From contig CAVQTN010000002.1 of NCBI GenBank assembly GCA_963716585.1, forward strand, positions 28,480 to 92,479: 64,000 bases of DNA. The letters run 5' to 3'. Below, in pieces: positions 52,379-62,170 of this stretch. This DNA is from an uncultured Chloroflexia bacterium. GTDB lineage: Bacteria; Chloroflexota; Limnocylindria; QHBO01. The notes under the pieces were generated by a model. It worked only from the letters and a program-made list of their open reading frames with translations. It ran no database searches and was not told the origin of the DNA. Made by a program: the position numbers and the translations under genes. Within the stretch, counting starts at the first letter, position 1. The number at the start of each line of letters is the position of its first letter.

Positions 52379-53575
52379 CTACATCTCTCCCTCGTACGCC
52401 GGCTGCGGCATGCGCAGCTGCCGGTCCTTGCGATAGCCGAGCAGGTAGTCGGCCTGCATCAGGGTGTGGATCTGTGACGTTCCCTCGTAGATCACCGAGC
52501 CCTTGCTGTTGCGCATGTAGCGTTCCACGGGGTACTCGTTGGAGTAGCCATAGGCGCCATGCACCTGGATGGCGTCCATGGCGGACTGCACGGCGTGGTC
52601 GGTGGCGAACCACTTGGCCAGCGATGTCTCGCGCGTGCTGCGCTCCCCGCGATTCTTCTTCCAGCCCGCCTTCCAGACAAGCAGCCGTCCCGCCTCGAGG
52701 CCCTGCTCCATGCGAGCCAGCATCTGCTTGACCAGCTGGTGGCGGCCGATCTCCTCGCCGAACGCCGAACGTTCGTGCGCGTACTTGACCGATGCGTCCA
52801 GGCACGCCTGTGTCAACCCAACTGAGCCAGCGGCCACCGTGTAACGCCCCTGGTCGATGGCGCTCATGGCGATCGTGAAGCCCTCGCCCTCTTCGCCGAC
52901 CCGGTTGGCGACCGGCACCTCGCAGTCGCTGAAGTAGACGATCCCGGTGTTGCCGGCACGCACGCCGAGCTTGCCGTGCAGTGAATCGGACGAGAAACCG
53001 GCGAAGCCGCGCTCGACGATGAAGGCGCTGATGCCCTTGTGCCCCTTGCCCTTGTCGAGCGTGGCGAAGGTGAGGAAATGGTCGGCGGTGTCGGCCAGGC
53101 TGATCCAGATCTTCGAGCCGTTGAGGATGTAGCGATCGCCGTCTCGGCGAGCGGTGGTCGACAGGTTGCCGGCATCCGACCCGACGCCCGGTTCGGTCAG
53201 CGCGAAGGTGGCGATCTTCTCCCCCTGCGCCTGCGGAACGAGGTACCGCTCCTTCTGCTCCTCCGACGCCCACTGCAGCAGCGTCAGCGAGTTGAGCCCG
53301 GTGTGCACCGACAGGATCACGCGGAAGGCGGTGTCGGCGCGCTCCATCTCCTCGCACAGCAGCGCGAAGGCGATGTAGTCCATCCCCGCGCCGCCGTAGC
53401 GCTCCGGGATCGGCAAGCCCAGGAAGCCCTCGGCCCCCATCTTGTCGTACAGGCTGCGGTCGTACTCGGCGTTGGCATCCATCTCGGCGATGCGCGGCAG
53501 GATCTCGCGCTCGGCGAAGGCACGCGCGGTGCGCTGCACCTCGCGCTGCGCATCGGTGAGAGAAAAGTCGATCAT
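52379..53575 (-). CDS. acyl-CoA dehydrogenase
   Basis: 398 aa. ACAD motifs FALTEPGVGSD and YEGTSQIHTLM, with a short C-terminal extension. Confidence 0.88.
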   Translation of the reverse strand: MIDFSLTDAQREVQRTARAFAEREILPRIAEMDANAEYDRSLYDKMGAEGFLGLPIPERYGGAGMDYIAFALLCEEMERADTAFRVILSVHTGLNSLTLLQWASEEQKERYLVPQAQGEKIATFALTEPGVGSDAGNLSTTARRDGDRYILNGSKIWISLADTADHFLTFATLDKGKGHKGISAFIVERGFAGFSSDSLHGKLGVRAGNTGIVYFSDCEVPVANRVGEEGEGFTIAMSAIDQGRYTVAAGSVGLTQACLDASVKYAHERSAFGEEIGRHQLVKQMLARMEQGLEAGRLLVWKAGWKKNRGERSTRETSLAKWFATDHAVQSAMDAIQVHGAYGYSNEYPVERYMRNSKGSVIYEGTSQIHTLMQADYLLGYRKDRQLRMPQPAYEGEM

Positions 53576-53648
53576 GACGCCTGATTCTACCGATGCGCCC
53601 CGCTTCAGGCGGGCGGGTCAATCCCGACCGGTTCGTCGGTGATTCGGA

Positions 53649-53679
53649 TTGACGAAGGAATGACCTTAGGCTAGCCTAA
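53649..53679 (+). promoter_or_regulatory. putative promoter (-35 TTGACG, -10 TAGCCT) overlapped by a perfect 14-bp palindrome TTAGGCTAGCCTAA, a candidate metalloregulator operator upstream of the FTR1 permease
   Basis: The palindrome at 53666..53679 is AT-rich in a 72% GC background. Its half-sites TTAGG/CCTAA resemble DtxR/IdeR-type iron boxes. It lies 80 nt upstream of the FTR1 start. Confidence 0.45.
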
Positions 53680-53760
53680 CTCGCGACCAGCATGCGCCGC
53701 CCGAACAGCGAGCCGGCGCGCTCACGACACCAGGAGTGCTCCCCTTTGGACTTCGGTTTC

Positions 53761-54618
53761 ATGACGACCGGCCTGCTCACCGGCCTGCGCGAGGGCGTCG
53801 AGGCCGCGCTCATCGTGAGCATCATCCTCGCCTACCTGGCGAGGACGGGGAACGGCAGGCACGCGGGCAAGATCTGGTTCGGCTCAGGCGCCGCGATCAC
53901 GGTGAGCGTCGCTGCGGGCGTCGTCCTGTTCGTGAGCATCGGCGGACTGAAAGCGCCGGCGGAGCAGATCTTCGAGGGCAGCGCCATGCTGCTGGCGGCA
54001 GCGGTCGTCACCTGGATGCTGTTCTGGATGCGGCGCACGGCGGCGTCGGCCAAGGGTGACCTGCAGGCCAGCGTCGACCGTCATCTCGTCGAGGGCAGCG
54101 TCTGGGGACTGGCGATCCTCGCCTTTACCGCGGTCATCCGCGAGGGCATCGAGACGTCCCTCTTCCTGATGGCGCAGGCACAGGCGGCAACGCAGGCGGA
54201 CGGCAGTGCTCTGAGTACGCTGTTGGGTGCCGTCATCGGCCTGGCCATTGCCGTCGTCATCGGCTACGGCTTCTACAAGGGCGCGCGCGTCCTCAACCTG
54301 CGTACGTTCTTCCGGTGGACGGGTATCGCCCTGGTGTTCATCGCCGCCGGGCTGCTGAGCCACGGTATCCACGAATTCATCGAGGCCGGCGTCATCTCGT
54401 TCGGCAGCGCCACCGCCTTCGACATCCGTACGGTGCTGTCGGACGAGGCAGGGATCGGGCAATGGCTGCGCGCCATCTTCGGGTACAGCGCGAACCCGGA
54501 GTGGATCACCTTCGTCGCCTGGCTGGCCTACGTGACCGCGGTGCTGACTGCCTACCTGCGACCCGTCGAGCGGCGCCCCGCCGCGTCGCGCTCCGAGCAG
54601 AAGGTCGCCGGCGCCTGA
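53761..54618 (+). CDS. high-affinity iron permease FTR1/EfeU family
   Basis: Seven TM helices and two RExxE motifs (LREGVEAAL and IREGIETSL). A TTG at 53746 is an alternative in-frame start. Confidence 0.85.
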   Translation: MTTGLLTGLREGVEAALIVSIILAYLARTGNGRHAGKIWFGSGAAITVSVAAGVVLFVSIGGLKAPAEQIFEGSAMLLAAAVVTWMLFWMRRTAASAKGDLQASVDRHLVEGSVWGLAILAFTAVIREGIETSLFLMAQAQAATQADGSALSTLLGAVIGLAIAVVIGYGFYKGARVLNLRTFFRWTGIALVFIAAGLLSHGIHEFIEAGVISFGSATAFDIRTVLSDEAGIGQWLRAIFGYSANPEWITFVAWLAYVTAVLTAYLRPVERRPAASRSEQKVAGA

Positions 54619-54667
54619 CCCTGTGCGGGACGATGCGCCCCGGCCCGCTGCTCATCGGCCGGACGGC

Positions 54668-54838
54668 TCCACCGGGTGGCGGTAACCGCGAACGAGCGCG
54701 GCTCGACGGCCCCTTCCAACCCTGGTTCTGCCGCGGGACGACCGAAACCGGAAACCTGCGGCCGATTCTGCCGCCAAGTTGATCGGTACCTCCACCCGGT
54801 GGCAAAACCGCGGACGAACTCGACGGCACCAGCGACCC
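54668..54838. repeat. two imperfect direct repeats of about 45 nt, each beginning with a CCACC-N-GGTGG palindrome, in a convergent intergenic region
   Basis: 54668-54715 is TCCACCGGGTGGCGGTAACCGCGAACGAGCGCGGCTCGACGGC. 54791-54838 is TCCACCCGGTGGCAAAACCGCGGACGAACTCGACGGC. Confidence 0.4.
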
Positions 54839-54852
54839 CCGGGCCGGAGACG

Positions 54853-55638
54853 TCAGGAGTTTGACTGCCCGGATCCGGCGGTGACGCCCATGAACTCGAG
54901 CATCTGGCCCCAGGCATCGGCCGATGCGTCGGCGAACGCCTCCGCCTTGCGGTCGAAGAACGAGTGTGGCGCCCCGTCGTACACCACGAACCGATGCTCG
55001 ACGCCCGCCTCGTTCAGTGCTCGGTCGAAGGCATCGCGCGCATCGCCCGTGATGGACCGGTCGGCGCCGCCGAACAGGCCGAGCACCGGGCAGCTGAATC
55101 GTCGCGCTTCGTCGGCGGGCGCCGGCAGACCGCTCCGATGCTCGCCAACCGGCGGGCCGTAAAAACCGATCACGCCGTCGAGGCCCAGGCTGTTCGTCGC
55201 CTGCAGGAAGCTGATCCGCCCACCGACGCAGAAGCCGACGCTGTACAGCCGCTCAGGCTGCCCACCGTCGGGGGAGCGGAGGAACTCGGCGGCTGCGGCG
55301 ACGTCGGCGTTGACGCCATCAAGGCTCAGCTGCACGACGTGCGGGGCGTACTCGAAATCCGCGCCCCGCTTGCCGGTCCCGGCGCTCCTCGAATACAGGT
55401 CGAAGGTGATGGCGTGCACGCCGGCCTGGGCGAAGCGCAGCGCCAGCTCCTCGTAGTACGGGTGGAGGCCACGGATGTCGGGGATGATCACGATGCCAGC
55501 GCCGCTGGGCTGCTCGGCGCGCGCCGCGAAGGCGGCGACCCGGGTACCGTCGGCAGAGGTCAGGGTCAGGTCGCGCGAGTCGAGGGCCGAGCCGCGGATG
55601 GGTGGTAGAGGGGGATGATCATCTGCTTCGAAACACAT
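54853..55638 (-). CDS. dienelactone hydrolase family protein
   Basis: 261 aa alpha/beta hydrolase. Nucleophile elbow GFCVGG, and C-terminal catalytic HSF. Confidence 0.8.
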   Translation of the reverse strand: MCFEADDHPPLPPIRGSALDSRDLTLTSADGTRVAAFAARAEQPSGAGIVIIPDIRGLHPYYEELALRFAQAGVHAITFDLYSRSAGTGKRGADFEYAPHVVQLSLDGVNADVAAAAEFLRSPDGGQPERLYSVGFCVGGRISFLQATNSLGLDGVIGFYGPPVGEHRSGLPAPADEARRFSCPVLGLFGGADRSITGDARDAFDRALNEAGVEHRFVVYDGAPHSFFDRKAEAFADASADAWGQMLEFMGVTAGSGQSNS

Positions 55639-55647
55639 GGACCGATG

Positions 55648-56463
55648 TTACGCGTGCACCGCGCCAGAGAGGCGCGAAACCACCTCGCCGACCGCGGGCG
55701 CGCCGCCGTCACGCATCGCGGCAACCAGCGCCGAGCCCACCACGATGCCGTCGGCCACTCCCCGGAGCTCGCGCGCCTGATCGGGAGTCGAGATGCCGAA
55801 GCCGGCGGCAACCGGCAGACGTCCGGCGGCTGCCACGGCGACGCGCCGCAGCAACGCCGCGGCTCCCTCGGCCAGCCGCTCCCGCGCGCCCGTCACGCCG
55901 AGCAGCGGAACGACGTACAGGAAGCCGGTCGAGGCCTCGATCGCCGCCTCCATGCGCGGCGCAGCCGTGTTCGGTGCGACGAGGAAGGTGAGCGCCAGGC
56001 CACGGTCGGCCGCCGAGCGCTCGAAGCCCGGCATCTCGCCGGCAGGCAGGTCCGGGACGATGAGGCCGTCGCAGCCGGCCTCGGCCAGCCTTCGGAGGGC
56101 GGTCTCGGCGCCCACCGCGAGCAGCGGGTTGAGGTAGGTCATCGCCAGGATGGGCTGCTCCAGGCCCCGCGAACGGAGCGCTGCCACCATCCGCAACGCC
56201 GAGTCGAACCCGCCACCGTGCTCGAGCGCCACGCGGCCCGCCCCGGCGATCACCGGGCCGTCGGCCAGCGGGTCGCTGAATGGGACGCCCACCTCCAGGA
56301 TGTCCGCTCCGCAGCGCAGCGCAGCCTCGCCCGCATCGGTCCCGGCCTCATCGGTCGGAAAGCCGGCCATGACGTACGCGACAAAGGCTGATCGGCCGGC
56401 ATCGGTCGCCGACGCAAACGCGGCGCGCACCCGCGCGGCGCCATCGGGAGCGGACGAGCTCAT
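55648..56463 (-). CDS. trpA: tryptophan synthase alpha chain
   Basis: 271 aa. [17 protein letters not shown] and [10 protein letters not shown] motifs. The start overlaps the upstream trpCFB stop. Confidence 0.92.
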   Translation of the reverse strand: MSSSAPDGAARVRAAFASATDAGRSAFVAYVMAGFPTDEAGTDAGEAALRCGADILEVGVPFSDPLADGPVIAGAGRVALEHGGGFDSALRMVAALRSRGLEQPILAMTYLNPLLAVGAETALRRLAEAGCDGLIVPDLPAGEMPGFERSAADRGLALTFLVAPNTAAPRMEAAIEASTGFLYVVPLLGVTGARERLAEGAAALLRRVAVAAAGRLPVAAGFGISTPDQARELRGVADGIVVGSALVAAMRDGGAPAVGEVVSRLSGAVHA

Positions 56464-59132
56464 GCGGAGGCGGCAGCCAGCGCGGAGGTCAGCGCGCCTT
56501 CGACAATCGCGAGGTCTTTGTCGCCTCGGCCGGACAGGTTCACGAGCACCGCGGCCGAAGCGGTCAGCGAGGGCAGCAGGCGCAGCGCCGCCGCTACCGC
56601 GTGGGCAGATTCCAGCGCCGGCACGATCCCGCAGCGACGGGAGAGCCAGTGCAGCGCCTCGAGTGCCTCGTCGTCGGTGGCGCGTTCAACGTCGAGGCGC
56701 CCGGACGCGGCCAGCGCCGAGAGCTGCGGACCCACGCCCGGATAGTCGAGACCCGCGGACAGGGAGTGCGGCTCGACGACCTGACCGTCCGCCGTCTGGG
56801 TGAGCATCGTGAAGGCGCCATGCAGCACGCCGGGCCGGCCCAAACCCAGCGAGGCGGCGTTGTCGCCGAGCGCGTCGCCCCGGCCGCCGGCCTCGACCCC
56901 GATCAGCCGCACCGACGTGTCCAGGAACGGTCGGAACAGCCCGATTGCGTTCGATCCCCCGCCGACGCACGCCATGGCCACATCGGGGAGACGACCCAAC
57001 CGGTCCAGCATCTGCGCTCGCGCCTCGCGCCCGATGACCGACTGGAGCTCGGCCACCATGTCCGGGTACGGATGCGGACCCGCCGCCGAGCCGAGGACAT
57101 AGAAGGTCGTCTCGACGTTCGCCACCCAGTCGCGCAGCGCCTCGTTCAGCGCATCGCGCAGCGTGCCGTTGCCAGTCTCGACCGGGCGCACGGTAGCGCC
57201 AAGCAGGTGCATGCGCTGGACGTTCGGCGCCTGGCGCTCGATGTCGGTGGTGCCCATGTACACCACGCACTCCAGGCCGAGCAGCGCGCAGGCGGTCGCC
57301 GTCGCCACGCCGTGCTGGCCGGCGCCGGTCTCGGCAATCACCCGCGGCTTGCCCATGCGCTCCGCCAGCAGCGTCTGCCCGATGGCGTTGTTGATCTTGT
57401 GGGCGCCGGTGTGCGCCAGGTCCTCGCGCTTGAGGAACACGCGCTGGCCCACGCCGCCACGCTCGGCGAGCGCGCCGCGCGGAATCTCGAAGATGGGCGT
57501 GGGGCGACCGATGAAATCACGATGCAGACGCCGAAGTTCGGCGGTGTACGCCGGGTCGCGTTTGGCCGCCGCCCAGGCGGCGGCCAGCTCGGCGAGCGCC
57601 GGGATGAGCGTCTCGGGGACGTAGCGTCCCCCGAAGCGGCCGAAGCGGCCCCTGGCGTCGACCCGATCCGCGCCGGTCGGGTCGCGCCGCGCATTGCGGG
57701 CGAAGGTCCTGATGCGTCGCACGTCCGCTTCGCCGTTGCGCTCGAGGCCGCCACTGGCGTCGACCAGCGCGGGGCGGGCAGTGGCGACTGCGCGAGCAAC
57801 GTTCGCCGGCGTCAGGCCCCCCGCCAGGCCGATCGGCAAGATGCGGTTGAGGCGTCTGACAAGCTGCAGGTCCGGGGTGCGTCCCGATCCCCCGCCCTCG
57901 GCATTGGTCGCGCCCTCGAGCAGGAGGCGCGTCGCTCCGGCCGCGTACCACGCTTCGGCGAGGCGCAGCGTGTGGCGCACTCCGTTGGCTCCGTGCAGGA
58001 CGCCGATCAGTTCGTCGTGGTCCACGGCCGCAAGCCAGGCCGGCGGCTCGTCGAATCCCGAAAGCTGCACGTTGCGAATGCCGCTTGAGCCAACCCCGGC
58101 CGCGACCTCTTCGCGCGTCGGCCGATGGAAGACGAGAACCGGCTTCGGCCCGCCGTTGAGGTCGTTGGCCAACGCGCCGGCGAGCTCCAGCGAGATGCTC
58201 CGACGGCGCCCCGAAGCCACGACGAAACCGGCGAAGTCCGCGCCGGCCGCGACCGCGGCCCGGACTCCCGCCTCCGATCGTGTGCCACACACCTTCACCA
58301 ACGTGCGCTTGGGCGGCGACGGCACGACAACCGGCTCGCGTTGCGGCGCAGCGTCCACCAGGTGGCGGGCCGCGGCCGCCGGATCGCCGGACGAGAGCAG
58401 ACTCGTCCCGACCAGCACGCCGTGAGCGCCCGCCTCGGCCGCTCGGTCAAGGTCGGCTGAGCTCGCCAGGCCACTTTCCGCGATGAGCGTGGCACCGGAC
58501 AATCGCGCCTGCGCGACGAGGCGCATGGCACGCGGCACATCCGTCTCGAGCGTCGCCAGGTCGCGGGCGTTGACGCCGATCAGGGTCGCGTCCGCTCGCA
58601 AGGCGCGCTCCAGCTCGGCTTCGTCGTGCACCTCGACCAGCGCGTCCAGGCCGGCTTCGCCGGTGGCTTCGAGCAGCTCGCGCAGCCGGTTACCCCGAAG
58701 GGCCCGGACGATGAGCAGGACCGCATCCGCCCCGAGGGCTCGCGCCTGGAAGACCTGGTAGCGGCTCGTCGTGAAGTCCTTGCGCAGGACCGGCAGGCCG
58801 ATGCCGGACGCCGCCCGCAGGTCCTCGTCACTGCCGCCGAAGCGCGTCGGCTCGGTGAGGATCGAGAGGGCGGCCGCACCGGCGCCGGCGTACGCGCGCG
58901 CCAGCTCGACCACATCGCCGATCTCTTCGAAGCTGCCCGCCGAGGGCGAGGCGCGCTTGATCTCGGCGACGAGACCCAGCCGGTCGCCGTGGCGCAGCGC
59001 TGCCTCGAAGCGGCGGGCTGGGGGCCGGGCCTCCACCTCGCGCTGCAGCTCGCGCATCGGCACGATCCGGGCATCGTGACGCGCCCGGGCACGCGAAGCA
59101 GCCAGGAGCTCGTGGAGCACGCTGCGGCTCAT
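56460..59132 (-). CDS. trifunctional fusion: indole-3-glycerol-phosphate synthase (TrpC), phosphoribosylanthranilate isomerase (TrpF) and tryptophan synthase beta (TrpB)
   Basis: A single 890-aa ORF. Residues 1-265 are IGPS ([27 protein letters not shown]). Residues 270-470 are PRAI (LVKVCGT..., [18 protein letters not shown]). Residues 480-890 are TrpB ([45 protein letters not shown]). No Met or stop at the junctions. Confidence 0.85.
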   Translation of the reverse strand: MSRSVLHELLAASRARARHDARIVPMRELQREVEARPPARRFEAALRHGDRLGLVAEIKRASPSAGSFEEIGDVVELARAYAGAGAAALSILTEPTRFGGSDEDLRAASGIGLPVLRKDFTTSRYQVFQARALGADAVLLIVRALRGNRLRELLEATGEAGLDALVEVHDEAELERALRADATLIGVNARDLATLETDVPRAMRLVAQARLSGATLIAESGLASSADLDRAAEAGAHGVLVGTSLLSSGDPAAAARHLVDAAPQREPVVVPSPPKRTLVKVCGTRSEAGVRAAVAAGADFAGFVVASGRRRSISLELAGALANDLNGGPKPVLVFHRPTREEVAAGVGSSGIRNVQLSGFDEPPAWLAAVDHDELIGVLHGANGVRHTLRLAEAWYAAGATRLLLEGATNAEGGGSGRTPDLQLVRRLNRILPIGLAGGLTPANVARAVATARPALVDASGGLERNGEADVRRIRTFARNARRDPTGADRVDARGRFGRFGGRYVPETLIPALAELAAAWAAAKRDPAYTAELRRLHRDFIGRPTPIFEIPRGALAERGGVGQRVFLKREDLAHTGAHKINNAIGQTLLAERMGKPRVIAETGAGQHGVATATACALLGLECVVYMGTTDIERQAPNVQRMHLLGATVRPVETGNGTLRDALNEALRDWVANVETTFYVLGSAAGPHPYPDMVAELQSVIGREARAQMLDRLGRLPDVAMACVGGGSNAIGLFRPFLDTSVRLIGVEAGGRGDALGDNAASLGLGRPGVLHGAFTMLTQTADGQVVEPHSLSAGLDYPGVGPQLSALAASGRLDVERATDDEALEALHWLSRRCGIVPALESAHAVAAALRLLPSLTASAAVLVNLSGRGDKDLAIVEGALTSALAAASA

Positions 59133-60169
59133 GGGCGGATCGCCGCTGCGGCGGTGACCACCTCGGCGGCCCTGCCCGAATCGATGGAGGTCGCGGCCAT
59201 CTCGACGCCTTCGCCGACGTCGTTGGCGCGCCCGGCAGCGAACAGCGCGGCGCCGGCGTTGAGCAGGGTGACGTCGCGGGCCGGACCCGGCTCGCCGCCG
59301 AGCACCGACATCGCGATCGCCGCATTGAGCTGTGCATCGCCACCGGCCAGGACAAGGGCCGGCGCGCGGCGCAGACCCAGCGTTGCCGCATCGATCTCGA
59401 GCTCCGCGATCACCCGGCCCTCGATGAGCAGTGCCCGGTTCGGCCCGTTGAGTGTCAGCTCGTCGAGGCCCTCTGGCGAGTGGATGACCAGTGCCCGTTC
59501 GGTCGGCAGGCGCGCCAAGGCCCCGGCAATGAGCGGCAGCAGACGCTCATCGGCCACGCCCAGGAGCTGCCGACGTACCCCGGCCGGCGACGAGATCGGT
59601 CCGAGCAGGTTGAAGACGGTGCGCATCGGCAGCTCGCGGCGAATCGGCATGGCGTGTTTCAGCGCCGGATGGTAGGAGGGCGCGAACATGAAGCCGAAGC
59701 ACGTCTCGCGAATGGACCGCGCGACCGCCTCGGGCCCGGGATCGAGGGCGATGCCGAGTGCCTCGACGAGGTCTGCGGATCCGCATCGGCTGGTGATCGC
59801 GCGGTTCCCGTGCTTGGCCACCGGCACGCCGGCGCCGGCCACAACGAAGGCGGCCAGCGTCGAGATGTTGAACGTGCCACTCCCGTCTGCGCCGGTGCCA
59901 CACAGGTCCACCGCGTCATCGGGCGCCTCGACCTTGACGGCGCGGGCGCGCATCACCCGGGCGAATGCCGCCAGCTCCTCCGGTGTCTCGCCGCGCACGC
60001 GCAGCATGGCCAGCAGCGCGGCGACCTGCGTCGCCGGCGCCCTGCCGTCCATCAGCTCTTCCATGGCGGCCTCGGCCAGCGGCGCAGGCATCGCGGCGCC
60101 GTTGGCGACCAGCTCCACCGCGGCGGCCACCGCGGGCCGATGCTCCTGCGTCGCTTGCGTGCCTGCCAT
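59129..60169 (-). CDS. trpD: anthranilate phosphoribosyltransferase
   Basis: 346 aa. [39 protein letters not shown]-binding region. First gene of the trp cluster, with a GAGGA SD. Confidence 0.92.
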   Translation of the reverse strand: MAGTQATQEHRPAVAAAVELVANGAAMPAPLAEAAMEELMDGRAPATQVAALLAMLRVRGETPEELAAFARVMRARAVKVEAPDDAVDLCGTGADGSGTFNISTLAAFVVAGAGVPVAKHGNRAITSRCGSADLVEALGIALDPGPEAVARSIRETCFGFMFAPSYHPALKHAMPIRRELPMRTVFNLLGPISSPAGVRRQLLGVADERLLPLIAGALARLPTERALVIHSPEGLDELTLNGPNRALLIEGRVIAELEIDAATLGLRRAPALVLAGGDAQLNAAIAMSVLGGEPGPARDVTLLNAGAALFAAGRANDVGEGVEMAATSIDSGRAAEVVTAAAAIRP

Positions 60170-60185
60170 GGTTCATCCTCGGGTA

Positions 60186-60470
60186 CCGCAACGCCTCCAT
60201 CCATACAAAGGGACGGAGGCGTTCTTCCGCGGTGCCACCCTGGTTCGAGTCCGTTGCTGCGGGCTCGCGCTCGGTTCGACCGCTGCTAACGGGGGTCGGG
60301 TCCGTCGCCGCCTACTGCCCGCCGTCGGCGGGATTTCGGAGCGAGGCTCGCGGGTCCCACGTGGTCCGCATCGTGCACGCCGGCTCCCACGCTCCCGGCT
60401 CGCTGGTGTGGCTCGTTGCAGCGGACGACTCGTCCCGGTCAACGCCTGTCGTGTTCAATTGAGCGCGCAT
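60186..60470 (-). promoter_or_regulatory. candidate Trp-specific T-box riboswitch leader of the trpD-trpCFB-trpA operon
   Basis: The minus strand contains the canonical T-box 14-mer AGGGUGGCACCGCG (60228..60241) about 60 nt upstream of the trpD ATG, preceded by a long stem-III-like hairpin. It is followed by a 13-bp hairpin AACGCCUCCGUCC-CUUUGUAU-GGAUGGAGGCGUU (60190..60223) carrying anti-SD/SD-like CCUCC/GGAGG. The UGGC bulge sequence matches discriminator G of tRNA-Trp. Two UGG triplets sit in candidate specifier-loop contexts. A possible promoter is TTGACG-17-CATGAT (60492..60469). Confidence 0.55.
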
Positions 60471-60521
60471 CATGGGCCGATGGGCTGCGCCCGTCAACCG
60501 GCCGCGCCGCGGAGGTTGCCG

Positions 60522-61733
60522 TCAGCCGAAGCTGGGAACGCGGAGCACGGCCACGTAGGTCCCGGCAACCAGGGCGGCGGCGACCACCAGGTAGACCGAG
60601 GCGCGGATCGCCAGCGGCATCGGCTGCCGCAATCGTTCGCCGGACGGCCCGCGGAACATGGTCGCGATCGTCTCGACGTGTTGCGGCGGCAGCAGGAAGC
60701 CGATGACGCCGCCGACGACCAGCCCGCCGACATGCCCCGTCCAGCTGATCCCCGGCACGGCGAAGGTGATGACCAGGTTGATGACCAGCAGCGTGCCCAC
60801 CTGGCTGAGCAGTGCACGCGCCTGTTGGGTCGTCGCCACGTGGTGGCGCCGGGTCACGACGAAGGCGAGCCCGAAGAGACCGAAAATGGCACCCGACGCC
60901 CCGGCGGCCGACTGGTTGGGGTCCACCAGGATGGTCAGCACGCTGCCACCCGCGGCGCACAGCATGTACATCACGAAATACTCGATGTGGCCGTACATCT
61001 GCTCCAGGATCGGGCCGAACAGGTAGAGCGCGTACATGTTGAAGGCGATGTGCAGCAACCCCAGATGCAGGAACGCGCTGGTGAAGATGCGCCACCATTC
61101 GCCCTGGGCCACACCGTTGGCGCAGATCACGCCGGCCTGCAGGATGGGCGACCCTGCGCCGCAGGCCCCGATGCTCACGGGTCCGCCGCCTCCCCCTCCG
61201 CCTCCACCGAACAGGCCGAAGTTGAAGCCGCTCATCAGGCCGTCGGCGAGGAAGACGAGGACGTTGGCCGCGATGATCGCCCAGGTCGCGTAGGCCGGGT
61301 AGGCCGCATAAGGCCCGCGCGCCCTGTTGAACTGGCGGCGCGCAGCGAAGTCGTGGCCGGTCTCCTTGAGCAGCCAAGCGATGCGATTGGCAATCGCTCC
61401 ACGCTCATGCGCCGGGGCGCGGCGGTCGGCCTCGCGGTAGGCCTCGGTGGCATCCTCCAGGTGGCCGTCACGAACCAGCTGCTCGGCGACGGCGCGCCAG
61501 CCCTGCCAGGCTGCGGCTCCGCCGGTGTTGGCGGCCTGCTGCCAGGCGACCATGGCTGCCGGCTCGTCGTCGCTGCGATAGCGCGCCTGGCCGATCGACA
61601 GCCACGCCTCGCCGGCGAGGTCGTGGTCGGGGTGGCCGGTCAGCGGCCCCAGGATGCGTACCGCCGCGTCGAGGTCCCCCGAGTCGAGAAGGCGTCGCCC
61701 CTCGGCGAGGCGCATCCGCGGTTCGTCAGTCAT
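60522..61733 (-). CDS. rhomboid family intramembrane serine protease with N-terminal cytoplasmic TPR-like domain
   Basis: 403 aa. TPR-like N-terminus, then six TM segments with a GASGAIFG (GxSG) catalytic Ser and the His of HVGGLVVG. Poly-Gly linker GGGGGGGGG. Confidence 0.85.
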   Translation of the reverse strand: MTDEPRMRLAEGRRLLDSGDLDAAVRILGPLTGHPDHDLAGEAWLSIGQARYRSDDEPAAMVAWQQAANTGGAAAWQGWRAVAEQLVRDGHLEDATEAYREADRRAPAHERGAIANRIAWLLKETGHDFAARRQFNRARGPYAAYPAYATWAIIAANVLVFLADGLMSGFNFGLFGGGGGGGGGPVSIGACGAGSPILQAGVICANGVAQGEWWRIFTSAFLHLGLLHIAFNMYALYLFGPILEQMYGHIEYFVMYMLCAAGGSVLTILVDPNQSAAGASGAIFGLFGLAFVVTRRHHVATTQQARALLSQVGTLLVINLVITFAVPGISWTGHVGGLVVGGVIGFLLPPQHVETIATMFRGPSGERLRQPMPLAIRASVYLVVAAALVAGTYVAVLRVPSFG

Positions 61734-61854
61734 CGCGCCGTAGTATGCCGGGCAACGAGAACGACCGCCGAGACGTTGGCACCTCGACGGCCGTTCAGTC
61801 GCCCCCTGGAGGAGCGGATCGCTCCGGTGGGCCCGGAGCGAGCATCAAATGGGG

Positions 61855-62061
61855 TTACTTGGCGCGGCGCAGGAAGTCCAGCACGTCGTCGTAACGGAAA
61901 CGACGATCGCCGCGTTTGCAGACCCGGAAGAACGGCAGCTCGCCGCGGTCTCCCAGGCGCTTCACGGTGTTGACGTGCAGGTGCAGCATCTCGGCGACTT
62001 CCGACGCCGTCAGCAGCTTTCCCACTTCGTTTGTCATCATCGGTGTTGTTCTCCGGATCAC
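61855..62061 (-). CDS. excisionase/MerR-family helix-turn-helix DNA-binding protein
   Basis: 68 aa (real start possibly MTNEV). LTASEVAEMLHLHVNTVKRLGDRGELPFFRV...RFRYDDVLDFL matches the excisionase-family HTH_17 pattern. Confidence 0.7.
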   Translation of the reverse strand: MIRRTTPMMTNEVGKLLTASEVAEMLHLHVNTVKRLGDRGELPFFRVCKRGDRRFRYDDVLDFLRRAK

Positions 62062-62170
62062 GCGCCACCTGAAGGGTGCGGTGGGCGTTGCTCGTGATCG
62101 GATAGTAAGGTTGGGGTGCCGTTTTCAGGCCCGGTACTTTCGGGGGATCGGCAGGGGTACGTTTCTCGTC

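Noticed and set aside
60181-60192. Plus-strand GGGTACCGCA resembling a T-box fragment.
   Set aside because: It is in the wrong orientation for any downstream plus-strand gene. It is simply part of the sequence 3' of the sequestrator hairpin in the minus-strand trp leader.
61855-62061. Excisionase-family HTH gene as a marker of an integrated mobile element.
   Set aside because: No integrase, recombinase, att-like repeats, tRNA target or compositional shift nearby. The flanking genes are metabolic. It is more likely a small transcriptional regulator.
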